From NCBI GenBank assembly GCA_964607285.1, contig CAZSJW010000001.1:66514-130513 (forward strand): a stretch of DNA of 64,000 bases, read 5' to 3'. The translations under genes were made by a program, and so were the position numbers. Shown here in pieces: positions 23,448 through 33,600 of the stretch. The DNA is from an uncultured Pseudomonadales bacterium. GTDB lineage: Bacteria > Patescibacteriota > Microgenomatia > UBA1400 > PJMF01. The notes under the pieces were generated by a model. That model made no database searches and was not told the DNA's origin. It was given only the letters and a program-made list of their open reading frames with translations. Positions within the stretch are counted from its first letter, which is position 1, and every line of letters starts with the position of its first letter.

Positions 23448-23897
23448 TTACAGTATGGTGGTATTCCCAAGTAAACGTGCGACACTTCGGTCTATTCGTT
23501 TTCCTTGAAACTCTACAATACAACCAGCATTGATAGTTGGGTCGTAGATAATTTCTAGTACTGTTGCGGGATGCGCACTGCGGCGGACTGTGCGGCAGAG
23601 CGCAATAACTTGGCGGTGAGTAGGTTGGTATGCCACTGTGAGGGTGGCTGTAGGTAGATTTTCGAGTTGGTGGAGCAAGGCAATAAATGCGTTTTGGCCG
23701 CTGGACTTTCGTAGGGTCAAAGCTTCTAATAGAACTGGTTTATATACCTCAGACACAGCATCTAGTGCTGGCAGACTGTTCGTTTGTTGCAACTGCAAAG
23801 TTTGTAGTGCCGAAATTACTGCAGCTAAATCTTCTGATGTAAACACAGTGGAGGGTAACTGTGAAAGTGTAGTGAGCATACTTTGTGTTTCGGGCAT
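23448..23897 (-). CDS. atpH: F1 delta/OSCP-like subunit
   Basis: C-terminal DPTINAGCIVEFQGKRIDRSV matches delta DxxLIGGxxxxxGxxxxDxS; position between b and alpha. Confidence 0.75.
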   Translation of the reverse strand: MPETQSMLTTLSQLPSTVFTSEDLAAVISALQTLQLQQTNSLPALDAVSEVYKPVLLEALTLRKSSGQNAFIALLHQLENLPTATLTVAYQPTHRQVIALCRTVRRSAHPATVLEIIYDPTINAGCIVEFQGKRIDRSVARLLGNTTIL

Positions 23898-23902
23898 GTA
23901 AG

Positions 23903-24478
23903 TTATGCGGATTCATCCATTGATAGGGCTTCTTCGAGCATTTTCTCTGCTAATTGGTGATGCTGTTTTTGAGTCAGCGACGTGCCGAGAAGTTTAGCTG
24001 CAACTTTGTTGGCGGCTTGAACGCCCGCTGCTTCTACTTTGGTAATTTCTGATTGTTTGAAAGTTGTAATTTCTTGGAGTGCAGTTTTGAGTGCTGTGGC
24101 AACTTGCGTTTTTAGTTCTGTGTGGAGTTCTGGAATAATTTGTTTCAGCTCTGATTCCAGGACTTGTGCTGTGTCAGCGACAGATTGCTTTAGTTGCTTG
24201 CTAGCTGTTTCTGCATGTGCATGGACTGATTTGTCCAGTTGCTCTTTTAGTTCGGTTTGCACCGATTGTTGCCAGGTTTGCAGCGAAGCTAAAACTTCCT
24301 GGGCTGTTGCGACAATTTCTTTGCGAACGGCAGTCAGTTCACGTTTGAGAGCGCTTGCGGATTGATCTTCTATTTCCCGCTGATTTGCACGCCATCTACT
24401 GTAGAGGAGCACAGCTAGTACGACTTCTGTCAAGCCAATAACAGCTAGTAATTGTAGTGCGGGAAGAGTTAAAAACAT
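23903..24478 (-). CDS. atpF: Fo b-like peripheral stalk subunit
   Basis: One N-terminal TM, long coiled coil, C-terminal VAAKLLGTSLTQKQHHQL typical of b subunits. Confidence 0.7.
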   Translation of the reverse strand: MFLTLPALQLLAVIGLTEVVLAVLLYSRWRANQREIEDQSASALKRELTAVRKEIVATAQEVLASLQTWQQSVQTELKEQLDKSVHAHAETASKQLKQSVADTAQVLESELKQIIPELHTELKTQVATALKTALQEITTFKQSEITKVEAAGVQAANKVAAKLLGTSLTQKQHHQLAEKMLEEALSMDESA

Positions 24479-24487
24479 AGTCACCTT

Positions 24488-24676
24488 TTATACAATCAAA
24501 ATCACATACGCTCCCGCAATACCGGCGGCAACAAATACTAAACTCATTAAACTGTTGAAAATAATACCTCCCAAGATTGCAGTTTTTGCAAGTGGGTTTC
24601 GACCGAGTGCTACCACACCTTTTTGAGCGCTGCGGACGATGGTAAATATGCTTAGTGCCATAGGAATGAGCATCAC
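24488..24676 (-). CDS. c-subunit-like helical hairpin without Asp/Glu, probably 5'-truncated
   Basis: KGVVALGRNPLAKTAI resembles the c-subunit (A/G)R(N/Q)P loop; no D or E in 62 aa; TAA immediately upstream of the GTG; first TM short. Confidence 0.6.
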   Translation of the reverse strand: MMLIPMALSIFTIVRSAQKGVVALGRNPLAKTAILGGIIFNSLMSLVFVAAGIAGAYVILIV

Positions 24677-25137
24677 TTACCAAGCCCGTTGCCTTTCTCA
24701 AAGATGCTACATTTGGCAGGCATATCAGTTTGAACCAAGATACTTCGGGCACAGTGGCTATTCCAGCTGGCGCAACTAGGGTACGGGTTACGTTTGCCGA
24801 GCAGTTTGCTAGAACTCCGGTGGTGTATCTCACACCGCAGCAATCTATCGCGGGGGAGTACCTTCAAGAATCAGTTTCGGAAACAGGATTTGAGATCAGG
24901 TTCAAGCAGGCGCAGGCAGTAGAGATTCTCATAAACTGGCTAGCAGTGATGACAGAAACAGCTGATGGTGTACGGGTTGAAGTTTTAGAAACAGGAGCTG
25001 TCAGCGGAGCGTCCACAGAAGAATCATCAGAGCAACAATCGAATCCTATGCCAACACCTGCAGTCTCCGTAACCCCCGAACCCACTCTTCAACCCAGCTC
25101 AACGCCTGAGCCTACTCCAATTCCTCCATCTGAGTAA
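24670..25137 (+). pseudogene. 5'-less C-terminal fragment of a large fibre/surface protein
   Basis: Frame opens after TGA 24667-24669 with no ATG: KPVAFLKDATFGRHISLNQDTSGTVAIPAGATRVRVTF..TPVVYLTP..GFEI..NWLAV plus Pro-rich tail (tail-fibre/H-lectin-like C-terminal module). Confidence 0.6.
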
Positions 25138-25210
25138 CAATCGTACTCACTGGTCAGACAAATTTACATCTAGTTTTACACTTTGATTTTCTGCTACAGT
25201 ACAAGAGGTA

Positions 25211-27349
25211 ATGGAACATATACTTGGCAAACCGCACCAGCGATTGTGTTTGGCATTGATTGCTATAGTTATAGTTTTTTTGGCTGCTTTTGGGCGAGCA
25301 AGTCCCGCACTGGCGGCCACAGGAATTCGCCAAACTATCAACTTTCAAGGTAAAGTTGTCAACTTAAATGGCACTAATGTGGCAGATGGTGCCTATGATT
25401 TTGAGTTCAAAATTCATGATGCTGCGTCCGCAGGATCAACTATTTGGACAGAAACACGTACGGGTGGCAATCAAGTTACAGTTACGGATGGAGTGTTTCG
25501 CGTAGAGCTGGGATCTGTTACGGCATTGCCAGGGTCAGTGGATTTTAACACAGACAATCTATATCTGAGCGTTAACTTTAATTCAGATGGCGAAATGGAT
25601 CCGCGCATACGTTTTACTGCAGTACCATATGCGTTCAATGCGCTGAAAGTTTCAGGCCTTACTGTCACGCCAACAACTGGTACTCTGACTATTCCTAGTG
25701 GACAGACAATTGCATTTTCCGGTGCGAATGCGGTAACTTTGACCAGTACTGGTGCAACAAACGTTACGTTGCCTACAACTGGTACGCTTGCTACCTTGAC
25801 AGGATCAGAAAGTTTGACTAATAAAACAATCGGTGCTTCTGGTCTAGTCTTCTCTGGAGCTACTACCGATATCGATACGGCTGCGGCAGAAGGATTGGTG
25901 TTGCAGGGTCGGGCGGCATCTTCTTTCAGTACGACAGGTGGTGCAATTACGTTTCAGGCAGCTGGTTCGGGTACTGTCAGTACGATTCAAATTGGTGTGG
26001 GCGGGGCGGGGTCGACAACGCCCGATTACCTGGCACTTGATGTCAAAAGTGACACAGGTGACCCAGCCGGAGGTGCGGAAGGGTACATGTACTACAACAC
26101 TTCCGACAATGTGTTTCGCTGTTATCAAAATACTGGCTGGACAAACTGTATCGGTAGCGGCGGTACGTATAGTTCCTGGACTGTGGATACGGACGCAGAT
26201 GGCTTTGATTTACAAGATTTGTCAAATATTGAGTTCCGAGAAACTGCGGCCGCATTTGCGGGGACTGTGGTTGGATTGTTCCGTGACAACTCTGGTGATT
26301 TAACTGCGAACGTTTTGACTGCAAAAACATTTAACATTTCCGTAAACGGCACAGATGAGTTTACATTCTCTAGCTCAGCGCTAGATGCTGGTACAAATTC
26401 AGTGTTAGCTGCGGCTCTAGATCAATCTACGGCTGGCGCACTAACTATTGGTAATACTACAGCAACGTCAGTCTCGATATGTAACTCTGCAGCATGTGAC
26501 ACCATATCAATTGGGAGTAATGCGGATGCAGACACAATTACAATTGGTGATAGTTCCGATGGTTTGACGATTGCAAGTTCAACCTTCAATGTAGCAAGTG
26601 GTGCAATTAGCGGTGTGACAACACTGGCAAGTTCAGGCGATTGGGCATGGTCTGCTACAACACCTACAATCACCGTTAGCGGTACAGAGACATTTACTGT
26701 CACCAACGGTACTGATTCATTTTCCGTAAATACAAGCGGATCTGCCATGACATTTACCGATGGCACAAATGCGTTCACTTTTGATGCGGATACAGGACCT
26801 TCGTATGCGGGAACAGCCAGACCTGCCAGACAGTCTATGCTTTCACCCGAGTATCCTGGCGCTACCTTGACTGGTGATGGTGGTAGTAACACCGGAACTA
26901 TGACCTCAGATTTTTGTGAACAAGGAGCGAGTGCAGATATTCCAAATACGAACACTTCGGTTTGTAACACTTCCAGTGATATACATAATTACTATAGTTG
27001 GACAACGAACCAAGGCTCAGTGCAGGATTATGATGTATGGCTTCGCTGGCGTGTGCCAGATAACTTTGCGGCTTGGAGTAGTAATCCGATTCAGGTCTGG
27101 GCTAAACGTACGGATGCAACTAATAATGCAGTGACTGCATACGTGTATGATACAGGCGGCACATTGGAAAATGCTGGTGGAACCCAAATAGCGGGTACAA
27201 CATGGACGCAGACCGCTGTGGAAGCTTCATTTGCTGGCACCTATACACCTGGTTCATACCTAACCATTCGTTTAGTTATGGCAGCAGATACGGGTGGTGA
27301 TAGCGTGCAAGTTGGAGAGATTAATTTGAATTACTTAAGCAATAACTAA
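25211..27349 (+). CDS. Secreted Gly/Thr/Ser-rich fibre-like surface protein (tail-fibre-like architecture)
   Basis: Signal peptide; INFQGKV..DGAYDFEF..WTE..VTDGVFRVELG..PYA N-domain; GATNVTLPTTGTLATL; GYMYYN..FRCY..WTNC. Confidence 0.75.
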   Translation: MEHILGKPHQRLCLALIAIVIVFLAAFGRASPALAATGIRQTINFQGKVVNLNGTNVADGAYDFEFKIHDAASAGSTIWTETRTGGNQVTVTDGVFRVELGSVTALPGSVDFNTDNLYLSVNFNSDGEMDPRIRFTAVPYAFNALKVSGLTVTPTTGTLTIPSGQTIAFSGANAVTLTSTGATNVTLPTTGTLATLTGSESLTNKTIGASGLVFSGATTDIDTAAAEGLVLQGRAASSFSTTGGAITFQAAGSGTVSTIQIGVGGAGSTTPDYLALDVKSDTGDPAGGAEGYMYYNTSDNVFRCYQNTGWTNCIGSGGTYSSWTVDTDADGFDLQDLSNIEFRETAAAFAGTVVGLFRDNSGDLTANVLTAKTFNISVNGTDEFTFSSSALDAGTNSVLAAALDQSTAGALTIGNTTATSVSICNSAACDTISIGSNADADTITIGDSSDGLTIASSTFNVASGAISGVTTLASSGDWAWSATTPTITVSGTETFTVTNGTDSFSVNTSGSAMTFTDGTNAFTFDADTGPSYAGTARPARQSMLSPEYPGATLTGDGGSNTGTMTSDFCEQGASADIPNTNTSVCNTSSDIHNYYSWTTNQGSVQDYDVWLRWRVPDNFAAWSSNPIQVWAKRTDATNNAVTAYVYDTGGTLENAGGTQIAGTTWTQTAVEASFAGTYTPGSYLTIRLVMAADTGGDSVQVGEINLNYLSNN

Positions 27350-30300
27350 TGCTGAAATACGCACATACAGCTACACTACTTGGCAAAATCTTTTCCGTTT
27401 TGCAAGTGTTTTGTGTGTTCAGTGTTGCGGCAATCGTAGTTGGTACCTATATTGTGTTGCCATTGACATCGCTGGACGTGTTTCGTCCAAGTAAAGTTGC
27501 AGCTGCAGTGGAAATAACGGAGCACGGAGAGCTGCATAGTCGTACATGGTATAACCCTGAAACCAACGAGTATAGAGTAGTTTCGCTCGTTGGAGCTCCG
27601 CTTTCGTTGGAGACAGGTGGTGTAGTCGATGCATCCATTCACAGACGAAATGATTTAGAGTTCCGGGGTTGGGAAATCACACAGGTTCCCATTCCATTTA
27701 GTGTAGCTGAATCTGGAAGAGTAACGTTGAATCCAGGAGGTCAGCAAGTGGAGGTAACGTTGGAACAAACAGGGTGGTTCTCTGAAGTATCGCAAGAATT
27801 TTCCACCTATTCTAACGCTCCTCGGTATGATCCATCTAGAGTAAGTTTCAAAGACTACAAACGGCAAATTGGACCAGATTTACAAACACTGCAGACCGAT
27901 GTTACATGGAGAGCTATTTGGGATGGCTTGGATATACTTTGGAAAGTCAGTAGTTTGGGTGTGCAAGAAAAAATAATTGTATCGTCAGAATATCGGTCAA
28001 ACATGCTGCAGTCACTCTCGCAACATTCTGACTGGATGGCATTTAAATTTGCTGCAAAACTTCCTGATCAAACGCAAGCTCGATTAGAAACAGCACTCAC
28101 TCAATCTTCACTTCCAGTTCTAGACGAAGAGGATTGGGTCTTCTATGGAATTGATGATGAATTACTAGCATTCCTACCCGCGGATTATGCATATGTGGAT
28201 GCTGTAAGTCCCACTGGACATCCTCAGCGCAGGCATTGGGCAAAACTTAAACGTCAACTACTGCTCTCGGAAGGAAAAACTTGGATCATTGTGGGTTTAC
28301 CAAAAGCTGACCTACTTTCTTTGCCAGAAGGCGACATCGTCTTTGATCCAACATGGCAGATTTCCAGCACTGCGCACGATGCTTACAGTGAAGAAGCATC
28401 GCCATGGAGCGAAATAACCACTCCTGCCGGATCCGTGTATGGGAAATTTTACTTAGGAATCGACCAATATACTTCTTCGACTGCATATTGGGATGGTGGC
28501 TGGAAGTTTGTAACGAGCATACCGCAAGGGTCTACGGTTACAGCTGCAACCATAGCACTTCAGGACAATGGTGATAACGCAGGCTCCATAACAGGGGATT
28601 GGTTTGGGTACGACGTAGATTCAGTTACGAACTTTACGTCGGACTCGCACAGAGTGAGTGATCATCACACACGAACAACAGCTAGTGTGGCGCATGATTA
28701 TTCGGCAATAACTGGCACTATTACCTCTCCAGATTTATCCACAATTGTACAAGAAATTGTAGATAGAGGAGGATTTGGTGGAGATATTGGACTGACCTAT
28801 AGGAGTGACACAAGTGTTGGTGATAATTGGCAAAGTTGGATTGACTATACTGACAACTCAGCAAATGCTGCTGTATTGGATGTTACTTATACTGGTGCGA
28901 TCCCTATTTTAGAACAAGAAGGTTTTCGTTGGCGTGATGATGATGGAAGTGAGTCAACAGCAACTTGGCTGGACAGTCAAGACACTAGTATAACCAGAGC
29001 CACTGCTACTAACACTCGACTTCGTATATTGGTTGATGGAACTAATGATCCTGTTACGTCACCATATCAGCTTGAGTATAAGTTATCATCTGACAGTCAA
29101 TATCGCCAAGTATTGACAGCAAATTCATTTGCATCTGTGAGTACCACCAGTAATACAAATGGTACTTCACTTGCTGGTGGAGTATCACTCAATATGCCCT
29201 CAGGAATAGAAGCTGGAAATTTGTTACTACTATTTGCATCAAATGATAATACAGGTGGCACGAACATGGCAGTGAGTGGCTGGACACCATTGTTTAATCA
29301 ACAGTACACAGGTAATGTAGTTTCTTTTGGTGCATGGGCAAAAATAGCTGCGGGTAGTGATACAGCAACACTGACTGGTGCTTCTCAGGACTACGCTGCA
29401 ACGGTGATTAGAGTTGTAGGGCATGGTGTTACCGATGTATCAACGGATATACAGGTTGGTACTCCAGCAACAACTTCAACAGCGAATCCGAATCCTCCAA
29501 GTTTGGATGCAGGCTACTCGGAAAAATGGTTGTGGATAGAGGGGTTTGGGGCAGATGATGACGATGGTGCAGCAGGTACCTATGTTTCAACGAATTATAC
29601 CGCTATCACTTCAGTGGAGTCCGCGCAGTCTGCAAGTTCTACTATGATAGGTTTAGGGTATAGGCAGTATGAGGCACAAACAGAAGATCCTGGAACTATG
29701 GCAATGGATGCAGCCGAAGAAGCGCTTGCTAACCTAATCGCAATTCCGCCCTTTTATCAGCAAATACTCCTTGCCCCTTCTGCAAACATTGCCGCATCAG
29801 GGGAAAATACCACCGTTCAGCTAACGGCTCCAAGTGGTAAAACAACAAGTGATTTTGATGCAGGGCGCATTCAGGATGATGAGAATCCATCAGACACCGT
29901 TGACATCACCGAAGACGATTACACAGAACTTGAGTGGAGTCTCACTGCCACCGCAGATACGAGCGCGGGAGATGTATACCAGTTTCGAGTAACTGCAAAT
30001 GGCACGCCTCTTGATACCTATACAGTGACACCGACGTGGACGATACCGTCCAGTAATTCTAGCTTCACTCTTACTTCATATCGTTGGTTTGTGGATTCTA
30101 ATGCTGAGACAGTATCAGATGCTTGGGGAGATCCTGATATACCTGAGGATACAAAAGTAGCGATACTTCCAGCGTCAAATGACGCTCCTTCGCAAGCTGA
30201 TGAGCTTCGATTGAGAGTTGCGGTTGTTATTGGGTCGTCAAATTTGTCTGCAAGTTCGCAGCAGTATAAACTGCAATACAAGTCTGGCACTGATGCAGTG

Positions 30301-30693
30301 TGCACAACCGGGAGTTGGACTGATGTTGGTGCAAGTGGAGGGGGAGAAATCTGGCGATATGCAACCTCTTCTGTAACGGATGGCACAACGCTTACGGATA
30401 TGGAGCTGACAGTGTCAGATGTGCAGGGCGTGTATGTGAAGTCTGCACCAACGGCAACAAACCCAAATGGCGCCACAATTGGAGAGGCACTTGAATATGA
30501 TTTTCACTTGGAACATAATGGAGCATCGGATGCGAATACGTATAGTTTTCGCGTTGTGGAGAGCGATGGCACTGAGCTCTCCACCTACACGAGGTGTCCA
30601 ACTCTTATGACAAATGCAACAACAGCGCAAGAACTTCGGCATGGAAACATCTTTGCGGACGAGATCGAGCAAGGATTTATTCGAGCTGAATAA
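27349..30693 (+). CDS. Large modular surface protein/adhesin (1114 aa), paralogue A
   Basis: N-terminal TM; IVFDP; QEGFRWRDDDGSE module; MPSGIEAGNLLL module; YRWFVD module; C-terminal ELRHGNIF..IEQGF. Confidence 0.75.
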   Translation: MLKYAHTATLLGKIFSVLQVFCVFSVAAIVVGTYIVLPLTSLDVFRPSKVAAAVEITEHGELHSRTWYNPETNEYRVVSLVGAPLSLETGGVVDASIHRRNDLEFRGWEITQVPIPFSVAESGRVTLNPGGQQVEVTLEQTGWFSEVSQEFSTYSNAPRYDPSRVSFKDYKRQIGPDLQTLQTDVTWRAIWDGLDILWKVSSLGVQEKIIVSSEYRSNMLQSLSQHSDWMAFKFAAKLPDQTQARLETALTQSSLPVLDEEDWVFYGIDDELLAFLPADYAYVDAVSPTGHPQRRHWAKLKRQLLLSEGKTWIIVGLPKADLLSLPEGDIVFDPTWQISSTAHDAYSEEASPWSEITTPAGSVYGKFYLGIDQYTSSTAYWDGGWKFVTSIPQGSTVTAATIALQDNGDNAGSITGDWFGYDVDSVTNFTSDSHRVSDHHTRTTASVAHDYSAITGTITSPDLSTIVQEIVDRGGFGGDIGLTYRSDTSVGDNWQSWIDYTDNSANAAVLDVTYTGAIPILEQEGFRWRDDDGSESTATWLDSQDTSITRATATNTRLRILVDGTNDPVTSPYQLEYKLSSDSQYRQVLTANSFASVSTTSNTNGTSLAGGVSLNMPSGIEAGNLLLLFASNDNTGGTNMAVSGWTPLFNQQYTGNVVSFGAWAKIAAGSDTATLTGASQDYAATVIRVVGHGVTDVSTDIQVGTPATTSTANPNPPSLDAGYSEKWLWIEGFGADDDDGAAGTYVSTNYTAITSVESAQSASSTMIGLGYRQYEAQTEDPGTMAMDAAEEALANLIAIPPFYQQILLAPSANIAASGENTTVQLTAPSGKTTSDFDAGRIQDDENPSDTVDITEDDYTELEWSLTATADTSAGDVYQFRVTANGTPLDTYTVTPTWTIPSSNSSFTLTSYRWFVDSNAETVSDAWGDPDIPEDTKVAILPASNDAPSQADELRLRVAVVIGSSNLSASSQQYKLQYKSGTDAVCTTGSWTDVGASGGGEIWRYATSSVTDGTTLTDMELTVSDVQGVYVKSAPTATNPNGATIGEALEYDFHLEHNGASDANTYSFRVVESDGTELSTYTRCPTLMTNATTAQELRHGNIFADEIEQGFIRAE

Positions 30694-30698
30694 CCTAT

Positions 30699-33600
30699 AT
30701 GCTTGCACACTTTTCAAGTACATGGCTGCTAACTGTTCTGCAATTTAGAGGTGGAAGGGGCTTTAACAAGGGATCCACCAAACGGGTTTTTGTAACCTGT
30801 TTGCTGTGCTTGCAGCTTTTTCAGCAGAGTGCCATCGGAGCACTCGCTTTTTCGTCTATTGGGGCACAAGCACAATTAGAAGCAGCTTCAGATGCGTTGA
30901 CTGAATACGAAGAGGTTGTTGAGCTGAGAACAGAAAACAGCAAAACGTATACAAAACAAACCGCTGATGGAACATTGTATAGACTTGAGCAATCAGGTGC
31001 GCCAATACACTTTATAGATACAGATAAACGGTGGCAGGAAATTTCGACAGATATTCAACGATTGCCAGATGGAAGTTTTTTTAATCGCACAAATTCTTTC
31101 AAATCAGAGTTCTCTGCAAGCACTCTTTCTACTTCTCATGCACGGATTACTTTTAATGATTATTCGCTAGCACTTACTGTTCCAGCTGCACAACCATCTT
31201 TTGCGCGTCTTGTACAAGTTAGAGAAGCAGGATCTGCGGTAGAGTATCCAAACGTTCTGCCTGGTATAGATGCCCGATTTTCGATTCAATCCAATAGACT
31301 AACTAAAGAATTTGTGTTACAGAATCCAGCGGCCGTGCGGGAAGAGCTGCCTTTTTTACTACATCTATCAGAGGGAGTGTCGGCGGAACTAGTTGATGGT
31401 CAGATAGTGTTGAAAAAAAACTCACTACCTGTAGCCGAGCTGCCGCGTCCCAAGCTATATGAGCTTGATAATCGAAATAGGGGTTACGTATTTGCAGGCG
31501 AGGTTTCATTTTCGCTTGAACATATTTCCGATCATGTTGTAAAAGTTACTAAGATACTTTCTCCTGAGGCGCAACAGTGGTTGCGCCAACCTGAACGCCA
31601 GTACCCTGTTGCAGTTGATGCCACGCTCAATCTGCAGGTTGGTGCTGGTGATGATGATGGTGACTCACAAGTTTCAGTCGATATTGACAATAGTATTACC
31701 AGAGATCGCATTCCGTTGGGCAATTACAATGGAAACTCACATATCGGTGCAGCTCGATTTTCCTCCGTAGCTTTGGCTCAAGGAACCACTATCACTAGTG
31801 CAGAACTAATTCTGACTGCTTTGGGAACTTATGATTGTGGAGCTTGTACTCTTTCAATAACTTTGCAGTTAGATGATGTCGACGACTCTGCTGCACTAAC
31901 AACTACAAACATAAATGATAGAACTGGGACTACCGCTAGTTCAAATCACTCAATCACTGCTACCGTTGACAACACAGAGTATAACTTTGCTATTACATCA
32001 CAGGTGCAAGAAGTATTGGATAGGGGAGGTTTTGTATCTGGAAATGCTATGACAGTACTCGCGTCAGATAACGGGAGTGATAGTTCTGAGTGGCAAGAGT
32101 ACTACACCTACAACAACGACCCTGCCAAAGCCCCAAAGTTAGTCATTGTATATAGTGGTGGTGGCGTTACATACACCCAAGAAGGCTATCGGTGGCGTGA
32201 TGATGACGGTAGCGAAACAACGGCAAGTTGGCTTGCGTCTCAAGACAGCAACATTACCCGAGCCACAGCGGTTACTACCCGGTTGCGGACTTTGGTTGAC
32301 ACATCTGGTGATGCACCAACCAACCAGTATCAACTTGAATACAAGCTTTCGAGTGATACTGGATATCAAAAAGTTGGGCCTGCACCTAGTACAGCAACAC
32401 CAGTTGTGCAGTCTCGGTCGTCAGGTGCTTCTGCTGCAGCCAATACTACAAGTCATGTAATTACGATGCCTAGTGGTATTACTGCGGGGGATTTATTACT
32501 TATAGTGTTTTCATCGGATGGTCAGCCAGATATTCAAATAAATACTGGAGGATGGATACGCTTGGGCCAAGCACGCAATAGTACAGTTGCTTCTGGTGCG
32601 CTTTTTTATAAATTCGCAGAGGGGAGTGATACAGCAACAGTTACGACTTCCGCATCCGAGCAATCTTCCCATGTCGTATTGCGAATTAGTGGAGCAGGAA
32701 TCCCGATGGCAACGAGCTCCAATGGCAGTGGCACGAATTCAAATCCACCCAGTATTGATATGGGAACCTCTAGAAATCACTTGTGGGTAGCCACACGGTC
32801 AGGCGACTCTACTGTAGTCGCATCAGTTGCACCAACTAGTTACACAGATCTACAGACTCAAGCAGCAGCAGGTACCGGTGGCGCTTCTACTAACACTGCC
32901 GAGTACTCTACAACCTCTGCTACAGAGGACCCAGGAACGTTTACAAGCGCATCTGAACAGTGGGCATCATTCACTATTGGTATCCCACCTGCAGATGCAA
33001 CTGGTGGGCTGCGGTTCAACACTGCGCAGGCAACTGGCACAACTAGTCTTTCAGTGGCGTATCCACCAAGTATCAGTCCAGGGGACTTGTTGGTGTTGGC
33101 AATTGCAAATAAACATTCGCCAAATGTCCCGAGTACTCCCTCGGGCTGGACTGCACCTAGTAATAATCAGGCAACTGGTACCTCTGGAACAGATGGTGTG
33201 GATACGGGTAGCGTATATACCACGGTGTTTACAAAAATCGCTGATGGAACAGAGTCTGGCAATCTCAGTGTTACCGTTACATCGGGTAATTCTTCTACGG
33301 GTAGGATTTTCCAGCTACGCGCCGCGTCGGGGAAAGTGTGGAGTACTGCTCTTGCGTCAGGTAATGATCAAACTCCAGGAACAGGTTGGTCGGTTACTGC
33401 TGGATCAGATCCAGGAATTACAGCAGGTGATATCGTGTTGACTGTTTCTGGCATGAATAGTGATGCATATGCATGGAGTGCTCAATCAATATCCGCAACA
33501 AGCGTTACATTTTCTAACCACGAAGAGCTGTCAGAGCTTAATGCAACCAATGGTAATGACGTTGAGATGACCGTATCTGCTCATTTCGCAACTAGCGGTA

